From: a virus
Lineage: Duplodnaviria > Caudoviricetes
Virus record (IMG/VR): IMGVR_UViG_3300028832_000139
Coordinates: 3,419-67,418 of that record
Reading direction: 5' to 3' (one strand)
DNA length: 64,000 nt
The notes under the pieces are model-generated. The model saw only the letters and a program-made list of their open reading frames with translations, had not been told where the DNA came from and searched no databases. Positions within the stretch are counted from its first letter, which is position 1; every line of letters starts with the position of its first letter. Made by a program: the position numbers and the translations under genes. Of this stretch, positions 1 through 9,738 are shown in pieces.

Positions 1-836
1 ATATCGAAGAATTGCTCTCTTGTGGCTTTAAATACTGGCTCATAGTCTGCAATGCTTTTCAGTTCATCCGCCAGTTTCTCCAATTCTTGCTTCTTGTATC
101 TTGCATTTATCCAATGTTGGTGTGCAGTCTTTAGGTTTGCAGGGCAAATGTAGTACGGATTGCGGGTGTCGAGTCCGAGATATTGCAAATCCTGAACCAT
201 ATCGCACCAGTCGGAAATCTCCTTTGTGTCATCCCAATGGTAGCCGTGACGCAATGCAATGCGTATCTGTTGCCACATTTCATCAATAGAGTGGCGAGAA
301 AAGCGGGAATAGAACTCAAATACCAATTCATACTGGCGCAACTTGAACAGCGTTTCAATCCTGTTATTCTCCATCAACGCACGGCACAGGAAATAAGGGT
401 GCAAGCCGTGTAATGAGGTCTTTAACCCTGCTCTCTTTAATTCAGGGATAACAGAATGTATCTTTGCGTAAGAGTAAGGCAGATAACGCATATCGCCTAA
501 GTATGAATAGCAAGTGTATTCCTGAATATGACGGAAAGAGAAATCGCTATCGGTTGCCCATCCGTCAACTCGCATATAACGCTGTCTTGCTATAACGTAT
601 TCCTCGCCCTTGCCTAACCATATCTGCATTACTTCCAGTAAACGGAAATTGCTTTTAAGGTAGTAGCGGATAACCTGATACTCCTTGCATCTTTCAAGAA
701 TGACAAAGTAGTACAAGCCTTTGCGCTTGTTATCTTCAAACTTGCGCTCTATCCAGTCAATATCAGACTTTCTCAATTCAGGCAGAGTAGCCGACAATTC
801 GGCAATCTTGCGCTCTTTCTTACTTCTTGTTTTCAT
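1..836 (-). CDS. PcfJ-like protein (3' end runs off window)
   Basis: Manually read open frame from ATG 836 (MKTRSKKERKIAELS...WCDMVQDLQYLGLDTRNPYYICPANLKTAHQHW). It overlaps the PcfK-like stop, the usual PcfK-PcfJ pairing. Confidence 0.7.
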   Translation of the reverse strand, partial: MKTRSKKERKIAELSATLPELRKSDIDWIERKFEDNKRKGLYYFVILERCKEYQVIRYYLKSNFRLLEVMQIWLGKGEEYVIARQRYMRVDGWATDSDFSFRHIQEYTCYSYLGDMRYLPYSYAKIHSVIPELKRAGLKTSLHGLHPYFLCRALMENNRIETLFKLRQYELVFEFYSRFSRHSIDEMWQQIRIALRHGYHWDDTKEISDWCDMVQDLQYLGLDTRNPYYICPANLKTAHQHWINARYKKQELEKLADELKSIADYEPVFKATREQFFD

Positions 837-1357
837 AATTCAAACAAACTAAGTTGCTGTGCTTGCTTTACTTCTTCGTGTTTAGGCTCTATTGGCTCGT
901 TTGTAGTAGTGTCAGGTACAAGGATAGGTGCTGCGGGCTTATTCTCCTTTGCAGCCTTAGCCTTTGCCTTGCGTTCCTCGTCTTTCTTGCGTTGTTCTGC
1001 GATAACTTTGTCCTGATACTCACGGATTGCGTCTTTGCGCATCTGTTCTTTTTCTTCATCCGTGAAAGAGGTTGCAGAGAGAGAAACGACCTTTACGTTA
1101 TTGAACGTGTTGCCATCGACTTTCAAATCTTCGTCAATATAGTATTGTTCAGCCAGTCCGAACACTTCATCGTCAGAGGGTACGACACACGCTGCATCAT
1201 TATCCTTTTGGTTCTTCACTTTCTCAAACATCTTAGCCTGAATGTATAAAACACACTCGTCTAAGTTCTTGTTCTTGTTTTCAAACTTTGCCTTAAAGTT
1301 TGGATCGTTGTATGCCTTTGCGGTCAAATACAGCGAAATTGCTTGTTTAATCTCCAT
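833..1357 (-). CDS. PcfK-like protein (AcrIIA9 anti-CRISPR family)
   Basis: DPNFKAKF..KNLDECVLYI...SDDEVFGLAEQYY motifs and C-terminal QQLSLF are typical of the PcfK family. Confidence 0.7.
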   Translation of the reverse strand: MEIKQAISLYLTAKAYNDPNFKAKFENKNKNLDECVLYIQAKMFEKVKNQKDNDAACVVPSDDEVFGLAEQYYIDEDLKVDGNTFNNVKVVSLSATSFTDEEKEQMRKDAIREYQDKVIAEQRKKDEERKAKAKAAKENKPAAPILVPDTTTNEPIEPKHEEVKQAQQLSLFEL

Positions 1358-1388
1358 AATCTTAAATATTTAATTGTTAATACTAAAT

Positions 1389-3077
1389 TTATGCTACTTC
1401 TTCAATTCTGCAAAACTCGCTATCCGATAACTCCCATGACTGCAAAACGGCAGAAATCTGAACATCGAAATACCCGCCATTTATCCACTCCAGTATTACT
1501 GCGCCATCCGTAACGGCTGCAATACGCTGATACGCTGTGCCATCCGTAATTACGTTGCCAGTCTTTATCCATTCTGGCAAACTCAAATTATGGTCTGCCG
1601 TAGGTGTTAGTTCTGCAACATTCGCCCATAACTTTGCACCGCCTTTTGCCAATAGGTAGGCAATACCTTTGCGGACTGCATCGACTTTGCAAATAATAGT
1701 ATCTCCGCACTTGCAAACATACTCAACGTAAGAGCCTTTAACGACCTTAGAGAGTTGTTCGTCAGTCAGGAAAATAGATTTATCCAAACGTGCCTCGATT
1801 GCGTCTGAAACGGCTTCTTTTTGCTCTTTTGCCGTTCCTAATGCGAAAATGGTATTTACTTCTTCCAGTATCTCCGCTTTCGTCTTAATGCCGTTGGCTG
1901 CGAACATATCTGTTTGTCCGCTTGCTGCGTCTATTGCCTGATGGTTATATACGGCTAATAACTTCTTTAATTGTGCATCCCTTTTGTCGTTCAGTATGTC
2001 AGCCAGTAACAAAACGGCTGCGTTCTGATAGTCGGCAATAGTACCACCGCCAAATAAGTTCATTTGTCGGGCAAAGGCACTCACACGCTCTCCGTCTTTG
2101 TAATCGCCCTCTTTGCGAGCCTGATACGCTAACGCAATACCCTGTTGCAATTCGCTGCAAAGGGTGTAATCTTCGCCCAATACTAAATTATTGCTGACCT
2201 CTCCCAAAGCGATAATAACCGATTTACGGATATTCTTATAAGATGTAATCTTTCGTGCTGCGTCAGGATCTTGCGCAAACACTTTGCCGATTAACACGTT
2301 TTCCAAAACTTCACGACCTGAAAGGCTGATACTATCGCCATCAAACATTTCTGCATATTGCATATTTGAAATAATGCCAATAGTACGCAATTCGTTAATA
2401 CAGCGTGTTGCAGCCTCTGTGCATCCGTAAAAGTCTGAAAGCGTTTCAAATGCGTTAATAGTGGCTATAATTCTGCCGAATGTTGCATTGTCAATCAGTT
2501 TGCCGTACTTTATCGCCTGTTCAGTCTTGCTCTGGCTTTTCATTTCCTGTGCGTTGAAACGTGCGAAAGTGGCTACAGAGTACGGCAGAGCCTCCGATAA
2601 TACAAATAGTATGCGAGGGCTTGCGAAAGAGTCTATTTGCGACTGCGTAAATCCATAATTTTCGCAATATGTACGCAAATAGTCTATATACGCTTTGTCT
2701 GTGCCATTATGCGCTGCCAGTTCGCCCGCCATAGTGCGACCATTACCCGACAATACTACACCATCGCCCGACACTATTACAGGACTTTGTAACGCTCTGC
2801 TGTCGTAATTATCCGCAATCGTGCGTGTGATACGCTGTGCGTCTGTGTCTCGTTGGTAGTCTCTATCGTTCACGTTTGCGCCTCTCTCGTCAGTTGGGAA
2901 ACCCTCCGAGGGTGCAAAGCCTTTTAGCGCATCGTGAGACGCTGTGCAAGCCCCTGAACACGTTAAATAATAATGTCCTGATACTTGCGTACCATCCGCC
3001 AACGTGAGAACATTTGCAAGCCCCTGTATTTTGTCGGCTGCGTTCCACTTCGTTTGTATTGTCTTGATGTCTGCCAT
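1389..3077 (-). CDS. DdrB-like ParB-superfamily domain protein
   Basis: ASHD...NDRDY...SPVIVSGDGVVLSGNGRTMA resembles the DdrB-like ParB domain of phage polyvalent proteins; 562 aa. Confidence 0.6.
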   Translation of the reverse strand: MADIKTIQTKWNAADKIQGLANVLTLADGTQVSGHYYLTCSGACTASHDALKGFAPSEGFPTDERGANVNDRDYQRDTDAQRITRTIADNYDSRALQSPVIVSGDGVVLSGNGRTMAGELAAHNGTDKAYIDYLRTYCENYGFTQSQIDSFASPRILFVLSEALPYSVATFARFNAQEMKSQSKTEQAIKYGKLIDNATFGRIIATINAFETLSDFYGCTEAATRCINELRTIGIISNMQYAEMFDGDSISLSGREVLENVLIGKVFAQDPDAARKITSYKNIRKSVIIALGEVSNNLVLGEDYTLCSELQQGIALAYQARKEGDYKDGERVSAFARQMNLFGGGTIADYQNAAVLLLADILNDKRDAQLKKLLAVYNHQAIDAASGQTDMFAANGIKTKAEILEEVNTIFALGTAKEQKEAVSDAIEARLDKSIFLTDEQLSKVVKGSYVEYVCKCGDTIICKVDAVRKGIAYLLAKGGAKLWANVAELTPTADHNLSLPEWIKTGNVITDGTAYQRIAAVTDGAVILEWINGGYFDVQISAVLQSWELSDSEFCRIEEVA

Positions 3078-3162
3078 AATGTTTGTATTTTTGTTTCGTG
3101 GGCTGTCCGCTTTCGCTGCGGATACAACGATAAATTTACAGCCCTTTATTTAAGATTATGAA

Positions 3163-3327
3163 TTATAAATTATTTCTTAACTCTTTGCGTAGCGTTTCGA
3201 CTCTATCCGCCCAGTACGAAAGCCCGCGCATTCCTACTATAATGTCGGGATCGTTCAGGCAAGTTAATACCGCATCTTTAGCCTCTAATAACTCCAGTAC
3301 ATTATTTGTAATTTCGTCTTTCTTCAT
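3163..3327 (-). CDS. Small hypothetical protein (54 aa)
   Basis: Manually read MKKDEITNNVLELLEAKDAVLTCLNDPDIIVGMRGLSYWADRVETLRKELRNNL with AT-rich start context. Confidence 0.55.
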   Translation of the reverse strand: MKKDEITNNVLELLEAKDAVLTCLNDPDIIVGMRGLSYWADRVETLRKELRNNL

Positions 3328-3748
3328 AACTTTGTCCTCCCCGATTTAGTGAAATATACTAATATCTTCTATTTTGCCTTTATAACCTAATTGTCGTGCG
3401 GTTAAATATGCGTTGTAACGGCTCACGGCTCTTACGCTCTTTGTGTAGCCGTACAACTTAAAGAAATACAACATAACTAAGCCCTCCAGTATTTAAGCGT
3501 TTGCGTTTGCGCTCGCAATCGTAAGCCCCGAAACGCTGCGCCCTAATTTATTCACAGAACAACACAAGCCAAGTAAAAAGGCGGTTAATTCATTCCTTTT
3601 GATAACTCCCTGTATAAAGTTTCCGTTATCGGTGTAAGATACTTTGTAACTCATAACTAAAACTTTTAATTTTACTTCGTTTCTTTTGCCTCTGTTAGCG
3701 TTTTATTCGGCTGCCTTGTAGTTATCAGGGAAAGCGGATAAAAAGCCG

Positions 3749-3994
3749 TTATTTGCTGATAAAATCTACTATAACGTTACCTGTTCGTGTTATATGATAG
3801 GTAATATTACAGGGTTTCCTAAACTCTGAATTGTTAATGCCATAGGCGCACGCTGCATTGTTAGCCGTCTCGCCTCTAAAATATTCGCCTGTTTCTACAT
3901 TCTCGAAAGATACAAAATATTTAGGGTTTCCGTAGTAACTCGTACTTTTATAACGTGTCGAAATAATACGACCTTTTATAATATTCTTTTTCAT
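3749..3994 (-). CDS. Hypothetical protein
   Basis: 81-aa ORF co-oriented with the left arm. Confidence 0.65.
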   Translation of the reverse strand: MKKNIIKGRIISTRYKSTSYYGNPKYFVSFENVETGEYFRGETANNAACAYGINNSEFRKPCNITYHITRTGNVIVDFISK

Positions 3995-4097
3995 AACCTA
4001 TTCTTTTACGTTATTAAATACCGCTTTCCAGTCTCTTAAATTGCGGGTACTGGCTACAGCGTAACCAAGTACCCCAATAATATAACATAGAAACATA

Positions 4098-4532
4098 TTA
4101 TAAATCATTTTCGTACACCCAATCCGAATATCTGTTCGCTACTTCCTCAAGGGCAAACCAAGCAAAGATATTATATATATGTGTTAAATCTTCGTTATAA
4201 TTGCCATACAAAGCCCGCCCGATCTCGTCTTGTTCGTAGTCTTTTAGACCATTAAAACCACACACCAAGCCAAGCAAATTTTCGCCTAAATCTTCGGCAA
4301 GTTCTTGCATACAATTAGTTATTACTTTGCGATTTTTGCGCCAAAATGCGCAAGTGTCTGAATAATACACAAAGCCACAGAAACCACCCGCAGCACCGCA
4401 AGGACTGTTAGATACATTTTCCAATTCTTGCCAAAAATCGGCAACCTCCAAACCTGTTTGGTTCTTCACAGGGCGAACAAGTGCACCGACACTTTCACCG
4501 CAATACTCAATGAAATTCTTAATTGTTTTCAT
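4098..4532 (-). CDS. Hypothetical acidic protein, first gene of the leftward arm
   Basis: 144-aa ORF downstream of the promoter at 4576-4583. Confidence 0.7.
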   Translation of the reverse strand: MKTIKNFIEYCGESVGALVRPVKNQTGLEVADFWQELENVSNSPCGAAGGFCGFVYYSDTCAFWRKNRKVITNCMQELAEDLGENLLGLVCGFNGLKDYEQDEIGRALYGNYNEDLTHIYNIFAWFALEEVANRYSDWVYENDL

Positions 4533-4575
4533 AATCTTTAAATTTATTGTTCAACTTCGTTTATTATTTACATTG

Positions 4576-4687
4576 CAAAGATACATATTATTTATGAATT
4601 ACGCAAACTTTTCGCCAACTTTTTGCTAAAATAATAGTATATTTTCGTATATCCTTACAAATATATCAAATTATCTCACTATCTTTG
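4576..4687. promoter_or_regulatory. Divergent Bacteroidota sigma-A promoters
   Basis: CAAAGATA (minus-strand TATCTTTG) at 4576-4583 and TATCTTTG at 4680-4687. Confidence 0.7.
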
Positions 4688-4713
4688 CACAAAATCACTA
4701 AAAAATAAAGGTT

Positions 4714-5262
4714 ATGGAATGGACAGAAGATACGTTAAAACTCGCAAAGACTTACAACCTGAACGAAAGAGATATTTTATTCATCCGCTTAGTAGCAAGC
4801 GGGGCAGATCGAGGCGAGGCATACAGAGTCATTTACGATCACGGAATAAAGAAAAGGGCAGAACTGGAACAGGAAAGAAGCAAAGCCAACGACTTTATAC
4901 AGAACAACCCCGCCAGTACAATATTATTGCAGCGTTTCAAACACAGACAGCCAACAAACTCAGCACAAGCAAAGGCGGAAGCAAACGCAGCACAAGAACA
5001 AGACGAACTGACAGAAGAAGAAAAAAGGAAGATTTCCGATAAATCGTACATTCTAAAAAAATTGTGGGAATCTGCCCGTCAGGTAAGCGGGAAAGAAAAG
5101 GCAGCAATATTTATGCAAATAGCCGATTTACAGCGTATGAAGCAAGAAGAAGCCAAGGTAGAAGAAGAAAAAAGAAGGTATTTTTTGCCTTGGCGAAGCC
5201 GTTGCAGAGCCTGTGAACTTATGAAAATAGCCCGCCAAATTTGCGAAAATGGCGAAGAGTAG
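4714..5262 (+). CDS. HTH-like protein, possible terminase small subunit
   Basis: N-terminal L(N/T)ERD..F..LVASG...EAYR resembles TerS N-termini. No other TerS candidate lies next to terL. Confidence 0.35.
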   Translation: MEWTEDTLKLAKTYNLNERDILFIRLVASGADRGEAYRVIYDHGIKKRAELEQERSKANDFIQNNPASTILLQRFKHRQPTNSAQAKAEANAAQEQDELTEEEKRKISDKSYILKKLWESARQVSGKEKAAIFMQIADLQRMKQEEAKVEEEKRRYFLPWRSRCRACELMKIARQICENGEE

Positions 5263-5286
5263 GCGAAAAGCGAATTTTATACTAAT

Positions 5287-5323
5287 AAAATAGGCTGATT
5301 TTCAATAAATTAGCCTATTTTTT
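5287..5323 (+). terminator. Rho-independent terminator
   Basis: AAAATAGGCTGA...TTAGCCTATTTTTT hairpin. Confidence 0.7.
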
Positions 5324-5336
5324 AACCCAACCCACT

Positions 5337-5990
5337 AAGATACAAGGTTGTGCCCCTGTACGGATATACCCCCACCCCCCAAGGCAACACAATACAAAGC
5401 GCTTTCATTCCTTCTCAAAATTTTTTTCCAAATTTTTATTTTTCTTCCAATTTTTTTCTTATTTTGTTGTGTTATGTAATATGTTTGTGCAGTTGTTGTG
5501 ATTGTTTTATGTTTTTACACTTTTGAACGGTTGTATATTGTTTGTGATTGTTGTTTTGTGTATAGATGTCTGGATATTGTATTAAATTGTTTTGCAAACA
5601 GGTTTATAATCTGCATTATTATGTATTTTGTTTATATTATTTTAGTGTTTTTGAGGTTAAATTCACGAGGATTTTTGTTTATTTGTTACTGATTATCAAA
5701 TTGTTATGTTTATAGAGGTGTATTTGTGTAGTAAAAAGTGTTTTGAAATATTATTTTTTGTTAAAACTGCTTTTATAAAGAAGAATGGGCAAATGCACTA
5801 ACTACACAAATACATTATTTTTTCGTTAAGTGCTTGGTTTTCAGCGAGATTTTCTGCTAAAAAGTAGTGTATTGGGGTATGTATTTGGTATCAAAAAACT
5901 TTGTAAAGTGGGTAGTAAATACATAAAATCGTGTATTTTTATGAAAAATGACGTTAAAGACATTTGGTAATTTCAGGTAATGATATTATA
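5337..5990. other. Strand-skewed non-coding region (possible packaging site or origin)
   Basis: C-run CCCCCACCCCCC followed by T-tracts and a G/T-rich plus strand; 14-bp inverted repeat at 5719-5732 / 5801-5814. Confidence 0.4.
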
Positions 5991-5994
5991 TTTG
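5963..5994 (+). promoter_or_regulatory. Sigma-A promoter
   Basis: TTTG (5963-5966), 20-nt spacer, TATATTTG (5987-5994). Confidence 0.75.
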
Positions 5995-6117
5995 CAGACG
6001 AAAGCACAAGTATATGGCGATATACCTTTGCAAGTATATGATTTTAGGTTTTTAGTTATTGGTTAATATGATTATTTCTTTGTGGCATATATTGTGAAGT
6101 ATGTGCCACTTTTTGAG

Positions 6118-6219
6118 GGGGTATGGATAGTTTATGTGCGCGACTTTCCGATGGTTAAACCACTTGTGAGCCTTGTCTTCACGATGCTGGTGTATTAGGT
6201 TCGATTCCTGAATATCCCA
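6118..6219 (+). ncRNA. tRNA-like structured RNA (non-canonical)
   Basis: Acceptor GGGGTAT/ATATCCC, T-arm TTAGG-TTCGATT-CCTGA, 5-bp stem with 7-nt loop CCTTGTC, oversized D region, no CCA. Confidence 0.5.
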
Positions 6220-6594
6220 CTATGCAAAGCGTTGCAGAGTCAGCGCAATGGTCTATATAGTCCGTTGCATGAGAGAGAACATATTGAACAATATTCGTTA
6301 AACTTAAATACGGCCTAAAAGGAGGTCGGGCGGGTGCGAGTCCCGTGTTTATGGCGAATAGTACTGTATCGGAAACGATTTGGTGCTTCGCATTAATGCG
6401 TTGCTATCAATCACAAAGTGTCTTATTACCAAGGCTTCTGATGAATGTTTCAATAGCGTTATGCTGATTACAACAAAAGTTTTACCGTCAAGCGTAGTTT
6501 ACGTGAGATCGGCCGTACATTTGGCTGTCAGGAAAGACTGACTACCCACATCTCTCATTGTGGGTTTTATTTAGCGAAGTTTTATACATTATAT

Positions 6595-6954
6595 ATGAAT
6601 AGCATATTAGACACAAAGGAATACAAAGAACGCTGGGCGATGTATAGTGCATCGTTACAGAGTGGTATTCCCATTGTTTCTACTGAGGTATGCGCCATTA
6701 TCTGCGCTATGCTCTTAGTATGGGGCAATACTGCTGAGTTCACGCATAACCACCGTTTAGTGTGTGAACTTCAATATGCGCAAAGGAGATTTCATATTGA
6801 GGGTGGCGAGAAGCCTACTGATAAGAATTTCCTTACTGCCTTTAATTACTATGTAGGCTTACTGGAGTTGAACCAGGAGAGAGAGGACAGGGTTCCTGAT
6901 TTCATTGATAATATGTTCAAAGAGCGTTACGGCTATCATTTCAATAGAGAATAG
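6595..6954 (+). CDS. Hypothetical protein
   Basis: 119-aa ORF directly upstream of the helicase. Confidence 0.7.
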   Translation: MNSILDTKEYKERWAMYSASLQSGIPIVSTEVCAIICAMLLVWGNTAEFTHNHRLVCELQYAQRRFHIEGGEKPTDKNFLTAFNYYVGLLELNQEREDRVPDFIDNMFKERYGYHFNRE

Positions 6955-6960
6955 ATATAT

Positions 6961-8946
6961 ATGCAGCAAGAAAATGTTAAGCGTCTCACCCGTGAGTTAT
7001 GGGAGTTATTGACTGCCGATGACGGAGTAGAGATTAAGAAGCTGAAAGCGATGAAGAAGAAAGAGGACAGACGAGGTAAGGTAAAGCGTATCATCTGCCG
7101 TACCATAGACGATAGTTCCCTTGGTTTCTTCAACGGCTTAATGTACTTCTTCGGCGGTAAGGTGTATGAGCCTATATCTAAGTCGGAGTTGTTCAAGGCT
7201 ATCTATAATATCATAGCCAACCAGATAGAGTTACCTGACTCTGATTTATCTAAGTTACAGGACTTGTATAGCGACTGCCTTAATGCAGTAAACTCTAAGC
7301 CAATCAACCTCAGTAACTCCATTATGATATTCCGTAATGGTGTGTTAGATGTGGAGAGAGGCGAGTTTCATCGTAAGTTTGATAGGAAATATGTTCAGAT
7401 GTGGGCAGTGGACTATGAGTACAATCCCGATGCTAAGACTTTCCTATGGTATCAGTTCTTAAATCAGGTACTACCTGATGCCTACTTGCAAGATGTGTTA
7501 CAGATGTTCCTTGGTGCTACCTTTGTCGATAGGCAGAAAGTTAAGATTGAGCATATATTGATTTTGCTTGGTAAAGGTGCCAATGGTAAGAGCGTGATAC
7601 AAAAGACTGTCTGCGGTGTATTAGGTGACGAGTATGTTACCACTCAGGAGGTGGGCAGACTATGTGCGAGAGGCATCGAGGGCGATATGGCTGTTGCTGA
7701 GGTCAACGGAAAGCGACTGAACTACTGTACTGAAATGGAGACTACGGACTTCTATAAAAAGAGTGCGAGGTTAAAGGCTATCGTGTCTGGCGAGAAAGTT
7801 CCTGCGAGACGATTGTACGGCTATCCGTTCTATGCTCAGAATATCCCTCTTTTGATGGCTAATGCTAACGCTATTCCTATCTTTAATAAGCAGGATGACG
7901 CTTTACTCAGACGTATCTATGTTATTCCGTTTAATGTCACTATCCCACCTGAGAAGCAGAACAAGACGCTGAATGACGAACTGATCTCTGAATATCCTGC
8001 TATCCTTAACTGGATATTGGAAGGCAGGGAGAAGTTTATCCGTAACGGCTACCAACTGCCTACTGACCTCAATTTTGAGCGTATCGTTATCACGGAGAGA
8101 ACACAATATAATTCTGCGCTGAAATTTATGGATACGTGCGGATATAAACCACGCTTGCAGGGTGTAGAACTTTCTCCCCTGTCGTGGATGCGCCTTGCTG
8201 ACTTGTATAGACGCTATTCCCGATGGTGTACTGCAAACGAACTGCCACCTATCCCTAAGAGCGCTTTTTCGTATTCTCTGGAGAACGAGGGTAAGTTTCA
8301 GAAGAAACGCACATCGACAGGCATTACCTTTGCCGTATATGGAGATAAGACTATCGCTGCGCTGAAACGTGAACAGCAGATGTTGAAGATTAGGGATAAA
8401 GAACCGAGAGCCACTACAATGATTTATGACGGAGTGCTTTATGCTTGCTCTCAGAAGTCTCTCAGCATCTACACTGGAGTAGGACTGACGGTTATTCAGC
8501 GTTTGATGCGTGAGGGTAAGTTCAAGGAATATACTAAGGCTTTCCGTGAGAAACCTCTGTATGATATAGAGGGTTGCTGCGGTGTGCTGAGAGCAAATAT
8601 GATTCTTGCGAATGACGAGCAGAAACGTATCAATCAGCGTATTCATAAGGAACTGAAATACCTGCGTATGGTATTCAATCAGCGTATGGAGTATAACGGC
8701 TGGCCGTATCGTAAGTATAGTCGTGAGGAAGAACAGATTGGCGATTGGTGTCAGGTTGTTCCTGACGAAATGACTGACGAGGAAGTATTTGCTATAGCTC
8801 TGGAGGCAGGCTTAGACACCTCGCATTGGAAAAAGTCTGCTGGTCTTGGTGCTTTTGGCAGAGGCGGCAAAGGCTTTTTTGAGACGAGAGACGATATTCC
8901 TACTGAGGAAGAAAAACAACTTATCAATAACATCAAAAACAGTTAA
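6961..8946 (+). CDS. P4/D5-family SF3 helicase (primase-associated type)
   Basis: D5_N-like IFRNGVLD, Walker A GKGANGKS, RLNYCTE, and motif C ANANAIP...LLRRIYVIPF. Confidence 0.85.
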   Translation: MQQENVKRLTRELWELLTADDGVEIKKLKAMKKKEDRRGKVKRIICRTIDDSSLGFFNGLMYFFGGKVYEPISKSELFKAIYNIIANQIELPDSDLSKLQDLYSDCLNAVNSKPINLSNSIMIFRNGVLDVERGEFHRKFDRKYVQMWAVDYEYNPDAKTFLWYQFLNQVLPDAYLQDVLQMFLGATFVDRQKVKIEHILILLGKGANGKSVIQKTVCGVLGDEYVTTQEVGRLCARGIEGDMAVAEVNGKRLNYCTEMETTDFYKKSARLKAIVSGEKVPARRLYGYPFYAQNIPLLMANANAIPIFNKQDDALLRRIYVIPFNVTIPPEKQNKTLNDELISEYPAILNWILEGREKFIRNGYQLPTDLNFERIVITERTQYNSALKFMDTCGYKPRLQGVELSPLSWMRLADLYRRYSRWCTANELPPIPKSAFSYSLENEGKFQKKRTSTGITFAVYGDKTIAALKREQQMLKIRDKEPRATTMIYDGVLYACSQKSLSIYTGVGLTVIQRLMREGKFKEYTKAFREKPLYDIEGCCGVLRANMILANDEQKRINQRIHKELKYLRMVFNQRMEYNGWPYRKYSREEEQIGDWCQVVPDEMTDEEVFAIALEAGLDTSHWKKSAGLGAFGRGGKGFFETRDDIPTEEEKQLINNIKNS

Positions 8947-8949
8947 ATT

Positions 8950-9237
8950 ATGGCAGAAAAGAAAAAAAGAGTGCGCCCTACGGTTGCGCAAGTGAGAGCA
9001 TTAGAGGCTAAGATAGCCGAGTTGGAAAAAGGTATGGGTAATGCAGTGCCTATCGCTAAGTTTAACGAGGTTCTTATGCGAGAGGAAGCGGTAATCAAGA
9101 CTAATGGCGAGCTGCTAAAGAAAGTGTCGCTTCTTGATTCTGAGGTGGAGTTCCATAAGGAGATTGCTGCTGATCGTGCTGCTGAGGTCGAAAGACTGAG
9201 AAAGCGCAACTTGTTTGAGCGTCTATTCAATCTTTAA
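8950..9237 (+). CDS. Hypothetical coiled-coil protein
   Basis: Operonic ORF. Confidence 0.7.
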   Translation: MAEKKKRVRPTVAQVRALEAKIAELEKGMGNAVPIAKFNEVLMREEAVIKTNGELLKKVSLLDSEVEFHKEIAADRAAEVERLRKRNLFERLFNL

Positions 9238-9240
9238 GCG

Positions 9241-9738
9241 ATGAAGAAAGAAGAAAGACAAGCAAAAGTGGATGCCGACATCGAGGCTATGATTGACCGC
9301 TTCGATATGACTACCAAGTGCGGACTGAGCAGAGAGGCTATACACAAAAAGGTACAGCGTGGTATGATACTCAATAACCTCGCATTTGTTCTTGCCGATG
9401 CTGCCAATAGCGCACTGATGGATATGGAAGAAGAACTTTCTGGTCTCGGTGTGGCTTTCTCTCAAAACGACAAGTACAATTTCAAGCAGATGCTCTCGCA
9501 CGTTACTGCTGCAAAGAAATGGGCTGAGAAGTCTGCATTGCCTATCTACGAGATTAAGGATGCCGATGATGCTTGTGCCGATAGCGACTGGTGGTACAAT
9601 ATGATTAAACTCATTGATGACCGCCTGGGCGATGATGGGCAAAAGACGAATATGCTCTTGGAGTATCTTCTTGCCATGCCCTCGGAGATAGGCTTATTCA
9701 AGATAACGTATAACGATTTCAAACAATTTAAGAAATGA
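9241..9738 (+). CDS. Hypothetical protein
   Basis: Operonic ORF with ATGA overlap to the next gene. Confidence 0.7.
   Translation: MKKEERQAKVDADIEAMIDRFDMTTKCGLSREAIHKKVQRGMILNNLAFVLADAANSALMDMEEELSGLGVAFSQNDKYNFKQMLSHVTAAKKWAEKSALPIYEIKDADDACADSDWWYNMIKLIDDRLGDDGQKTNMLLEYLLAMPSEIGLFKITYNDFKQFKK

Noticed and set aside
5498-5692. 64-aa hydrophobic ORF
   Set aside because: Product of the T/G-skewed low-complexity region with a GTG start; no supporting context.
6118-6219. Canonical tRNA-Gln(TTG)
   Set aside because: Loop lacks U33 and purine 37, the D region is oversized and there is no CCA; kept only as tRNA-like.
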